Shown: positions 45,003 to 47,602 of the stretch, one piece after another
Layout of the letters: the number at the start of each line of letters is the position of its first letter
Numbering within the stretch: position 1 is the first letter of the stretch
Virus record (IMG/VR): IMGVR_UViG_3300049846_000940
Location: 1-47,602 of that record
From: a virus
Lineage: Duplodnaviria; Caudoviricetes
Length of the DNA stretch: 47,602 bases
Strand: one strand, 5' to 3'
Position numbers and translations under genes: made by a program
The notes under the pieces: model-generated
Database searches by the model: none
What the model was told of the DNA's origin: nothing
What the model saw: the letters and a program-made list of their open reading frames with translations, nothing else

Positions 45003-45866
45003 TTAGAAAACAAAGCGTTCATACCAAGTCCGGGTATCCCGGTCAGTCGCAAATACTCGTGGAGAACGCAGTACTTGCGTAACTACGTCCTTCATACGAG
45101 TATAGTCACGGCTAGAGTCGTAATTATCTCCAAACTTGATGGCAAGAGGAGATCCGACTAGTGGGCAATTGCTCCACTCAACTTCCACAGGACCAAACAT
45201 GGTGTTGATAGTTTCCTTCTTAACCCCAGTAATCAAGCTTTCATCGCAATGGGCGCGTACTACGCGATCAGCAGCACGTTCTTCTACAGCACTAGCCCCG
45301 GAAGTCCAATACTCATTGATAACGAGTTTAGCGTATTCTTCGTGGCTAATACCCATACGAACAGCTTCTACCTCTTCAATTTCCTTAACTCGCGCAGTAT
45401 AGAAATCTGTACGAGAGTTCAGTTCACCGGGAATCTGTCCATCGAATCCACCACGAGCGCGATGCTGCATCAACACTCCGTTCGGTAGAATTAGACGTTC
45501 TCCGGCATTCTGAACCAACACGAAGCCCATCGAAGCGGCAAAATTAGTTACTGTCTTAATTTCCTGAGGAATTGATTTCATAGTCTGAACTAGGTCTAGA
45601 CCATCTTCAATGCTTCCTCCCGGAGTATTTAGTACAAAATAAATAGTTTCAGTAGGAGCCAGCTTTGCGCTAAGTGTGTAGATCTCTTGCTGAAGCGAGG
45701 CTACAGACGATCCCGTAACCGGAAGACGAAGGGAAATAGTATTTCGTGCCGATAGAGTAATTTTCTCACCCTTAGCACTTACGGCCTTCTGTTTATTTCC
45801 TGCGTGTAAAAATGGCAGAGTCAGAAACACTGCCCCAATCAATCCAAATAAAGCGTATTTTTTCAT
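45003..45866 (-). CDS. ClpP-fold serine protease with export signal or membrane anchor
   Basis: AAGGA RBS; MKKYALFGLIGAVFLTLPFLHA; LNTPGGS, FAASMG (Ser), LMQH (His). Confidence 0.85.
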   Translation of the reverse strand: MKKYALFGLIGAVFLTLPFLHAGNKQKAVSAKGEKITLSARNTISLRLPVTGSSVASLQQEIYTLSAKLAPTETIYFVLNTPGGSIEDGLDLVQTMKSIPQEIKTVTNFAASMGFVLVQNAGERLILPNGVLMQHRARGGFDGQIPGELNSRTDFYTARVKEIEEVEAVRMGISHEEYAKLVINEYWTSGASAVEERAADRVVRAHCDESLITGVKKETINTMFGPVEVEWSNCPLVGSPLAIKFGDNYDSSRDYTRMKDVVTQVLRSPRVFATDRDTRTWYERFVF

Positions 45867-45867
45867 T

Positions 45868-46095
45868 TTAAGTTCCTTGTTTTTCTTCGGGGCCAAAACT
45901 TTTGCCACCAAATGTGATTCGTCTAGTTACGTATGTACCTAGAGTTGCAATGAATAATTCCATAAAACTTGATGTAGTATTGACTACACCAAACATATGT
46001 AGCGCATTTGCAACCAATGCGCAAACAGCGAACACAGCAACTAGTGTTGTGGTCACAGATGATTTACCAGTGTTAGGATCTTCTAACCATTTCAT
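45868..46095 (-). CDS. Two-TM holin-like membrane protein
   Basis: 75 aa; D...GKSS N-terminus, two hydrophobic helices, charged C-terminus. Confidence 0.6.
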   Translation of the reverse strand: MKWLEDPNTGKSSVTTTLVAVFAVCALVANALHMFGVVNTTSSFMELFIATLGTYVTRRITFGGKSFGPEEKQGT

Positions 46096-46110
46096 AATAA
46101 TACCTTATAA

Positions 46111-46452
46111 TTATTCTTCAGTTTTGTCAACATTTCTTTTGCGACGAACTGTGTTTTCTTTCGCGGACTTAACTTTATGACACTCCACACATAAAGCCTG
46201 CCATCCTGCTCTACTTTCAGGAAACATGCGATTAACTGTGTCATCCCAACTAGTAAAACCCATTTCTGGGTTATCTACTGGAATAACGTGATCCATCTGA
46301 ATCTCGGAGTTCGAGAATACGTTTTTACAACTGGCGCACTGATACTTACCGCGTTCGACTCTAGCTGCTACCTTTGCTTGATATCGAAAGGGATATCTAT
46401 AAGAAGCTCTACGTAGTGCGTTTAAAATCCATTTTTTACGATCAAATGCCAC
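46111..46452 (-). CDS. HNH endonuclease
   Basis: CASC...MDHVIP...QALCVECHKVKS. Confidence 0.85.
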   Translation of the reverse strand: MAFDRKKWILNALRRASYRYPFRYQAKVAARVERGKYQCASCKNVFSNSEIQMDHVIPVDNPEMGFTSWDDTVNRMFPESRAGWQALCVECHKVKSAKENTVRRKRNVDKTEE

Positions 46453-46464
46453 GACATGGTGACC

Positions 46465-46752
46465 TCATTTCTGTTGAGTTTTTCTAAAGGTGCAATGTTT
46501 ACATGAATATAGAAGTCTAGAACCTAGATCAGCTGTTTCTAATGCTTCGGCACATTTAGGACAAACATTAACCGGTTTTAGTTCGTATTTTTCTAGTTCT
46601 ACTTCTTCGACTTCAGTAACATTATTCTCTAAGGCTTTCAGCTTCTTAGAGTTTCCGCCTAGTAATTTACGAAGATGGCGGTTCTCCGATTTGAGTTTCC
46701 GAACTAGCCCTCGTAGAAATTCCAGCTCGGTTTCCTTCTGCTTTTTTGCCAT
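46465..46752 (-). CDS. Coiled-coil plus zinc-ribbon protein
   Basis: LVRKLKSENRHLRK; CPKC...CKHC. Confidence 0.7.
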   Translation of the reverse strand: MAKKQKETELEFLRGLVRKLKSENRHLRKLLGGNSKKLKALENNVTEVEEVELEKYELKPVNVCPKCAEALETADLGSRLLYSCKHCTFRKTQQK

Positions 46753-47050
46753 ATCTGTCGTCTAACTCCGGGTGAAATCTCTCGTATTCAAGAAGAAACA
46801 TGAGATTACATGCTGCATGTGCAACATGAGATAATCCTGTTTCTGGATCTTTATCCTCGCCTCTAGCAAAAGCATTTAGATGACGAATAGCTGCCCCATA
46901 GACTCTAGTCCAGGGCATACCCTTTGCCCAATTATATGGATCGTATTTACGAGCGCCGTAAGTTAGTACCTTAGCGATCTCCTCCTGAGCAAAAGGAGGA
47001 AGCAATTCCATACGAACCTTGTCCTGATCGAACTTAATCCCATTACTCAT
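46667..47050 (-). CDS. dATP/dGTP diphosphohydrolase-like protein (DUF5664 type)
   Basis: GIKFDQDK.RMELLP, VLTYGARKY..YNW.KG, AAIRHL and GEDKDPETGLSHVAHAACN. Confidence 0.88.
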   Translation of the reverse strand: MSNGIKFDQDKVRMELLPPFAQEEIAKVLTYGARKYDPYNWAKGMPWTRVYGAAIRHLNAFARGEDKDPETGLSHVAHAACNLMFLLEYERFHPELDDRYGKKAEGNRAGISTRASSETQIGEPPSS

Positions 47051-47357
47051 CTTTTAAGGCCTTATAAATCTTTCTACTCAACTTAAAGATATGTTGCCCG
47101 TGTTTTTCCATCAACTCACAAGCAATCTCTTCCATTTGTTCTGCAGATAGACTAGCAGATTCTAGACAGAGATAGTAGAAATAAACATGAGTTACTTCAT
47201 GTACTACTAAAGAAAGATCCAGGGACTCTCTATCCAAATAGACTTTCTTATCTTTAGGGATCGTGATGCCTGAATTACCATCGCCGTGACGACGAATAAA
47301 GGCCTCGCTGTCTAGGACAATAAACTCCCATTTGTCGCCGTTAATTGGGATTAGCAT
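47043..47357 (-). CDS. Small HEXXH metalloprotease-like protein
   Basis: GIT...VYL then VVHEVTH and downstream EE. Confidence 0.7.
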   Translation of the reverse strand: MLIPINGDKWEFIVLDSEAFIRRHGDGNSGITIPKDKKVYLDRESLDLSLVVHEVTHVYFYYLCLESASLSAEQMEEIACELMEKHGQHIFKLSRKIYKALKDE

Positions 47358-47602
47358 TTATACAACTTTCCTTCAACCACGCACTTATAATCAATGATAG
47401 GCACTGGCTGAACATGTGCATGACCATTTGGTTCAATATAAGCCACACCAAAACCTAAAGCCCAGTCTTTAAGAGCCTTTACTCTGTGCATATAATCAAC
47501 CTCGTTAACATCTCCAAGCCAGCCCAGCATAGCTCCTACGTGTGGACGGCCCCTAGCGTTTCCTACTACAGCATATCCAATGCGATGGGTATGTGCAATA
47601 AC
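47351..47602 (-). CDS. Calcineurin-like metallophosphoesterase, C-terminal part (truncated by window edge)
   Basis: Open frame from the window end: VIAHTHRIG...GWLGD...DY...DWALGFG; not in the ORF track. Confidence 0.7.
   Translation of the reverse strand, partial: VIAHTHRIGYAVVGNARGRPHVGAMLGWLGDVNEVDYMHRVKALKDWALGFGVAYIEPNGHAHVQPVPIIDYKCVVEGKLYKC

Noticed and set aside
17840-45488. Many short antisense or out-of-frame ORFs within structural genes (e.g. 17840..18298, 20120..20566, 28087..28428, 31916..32446, 41237..41551, 44784..45161)
   Set aside because: Shadow ORFs of biased or repetitive coding sequence with no recognisable motifs, unlike the nested MTase frame.
45003-45866. ClpP-fold gene as the prohead maturation protease
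   Set aside because: It has a signal/anchor sequence, lies on the opposite strand ~20 kb from the head genes, and a separate scaffold gene is present.
1-47602. Stop-codon reassignment, introns/inteins, tRNA genes, integrase or prophage boundaries
   Set aside because: Standard-code ORFs tile the window and end in all three stops; TerL, portal and capsid are uninterrupted; GTTCGA hits (e.g. ~8961, ~46353) do not form cloverleafs; no recombinase or host genes seen.

Overview
The whole window is part of a tailed dsDNA phage genome (mostly AT-rich, with a few GC-rich patches) organised like a short-tailed, P22-type podovirus. No host genes, integrase, tRNA or CRISPR array are visible. Positions 1-11846 are a minus-strand run of small accessory genes: C5 DNA methyltransferase with an overprinted second subunit, monoheme c-type cytochrome, dCMP deaminase, DEDDh exonuclease, a degenerate terminase-like fragment and an exported subtilase. 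Two non-coding control regions interrupt this run: a palindromic repeat array at ~1200-1320, and a cluster of three sigma54-type promoters plus a TAGNNN/G8 tract at ~2970-3235. Positions 12003-43617 are the plus-strand morphogenesis block: TerL, portal, appendage and cargo genes, scaffold, major capsid protein, M15 peptidase, tail fibre, LamG-type lectin, adaptor, tail nozzle, four ejection-like proteins and a holin-like gene. A conserved intergenic motif, TAACAAGTA, punctuates this block and is the likely late promoter. Positions 43594-47602 are a convergent minus-strand block: winged-helix-like protein, a membrane cassette with an exported ClpP-fold protease, HNH, DUF5664-type dNTP diphosphohydrolase, HEXXH protein and a partial metallophosphoesterase. 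The most unusual signals are the phage cytochrome c, a shared C-terminal helix on four unrelated proteins between portal and scaffold (candidate capsid-loading tag), the back-to-back sigma54 promoters, the exported ClpP membrane cassette, and an orphan late promoter aimed into a palindromic array. All family calls come from motifs read by eye; no database search was run. A Bdellovibrionota/deltaproteobacteria-like host is an inference only.
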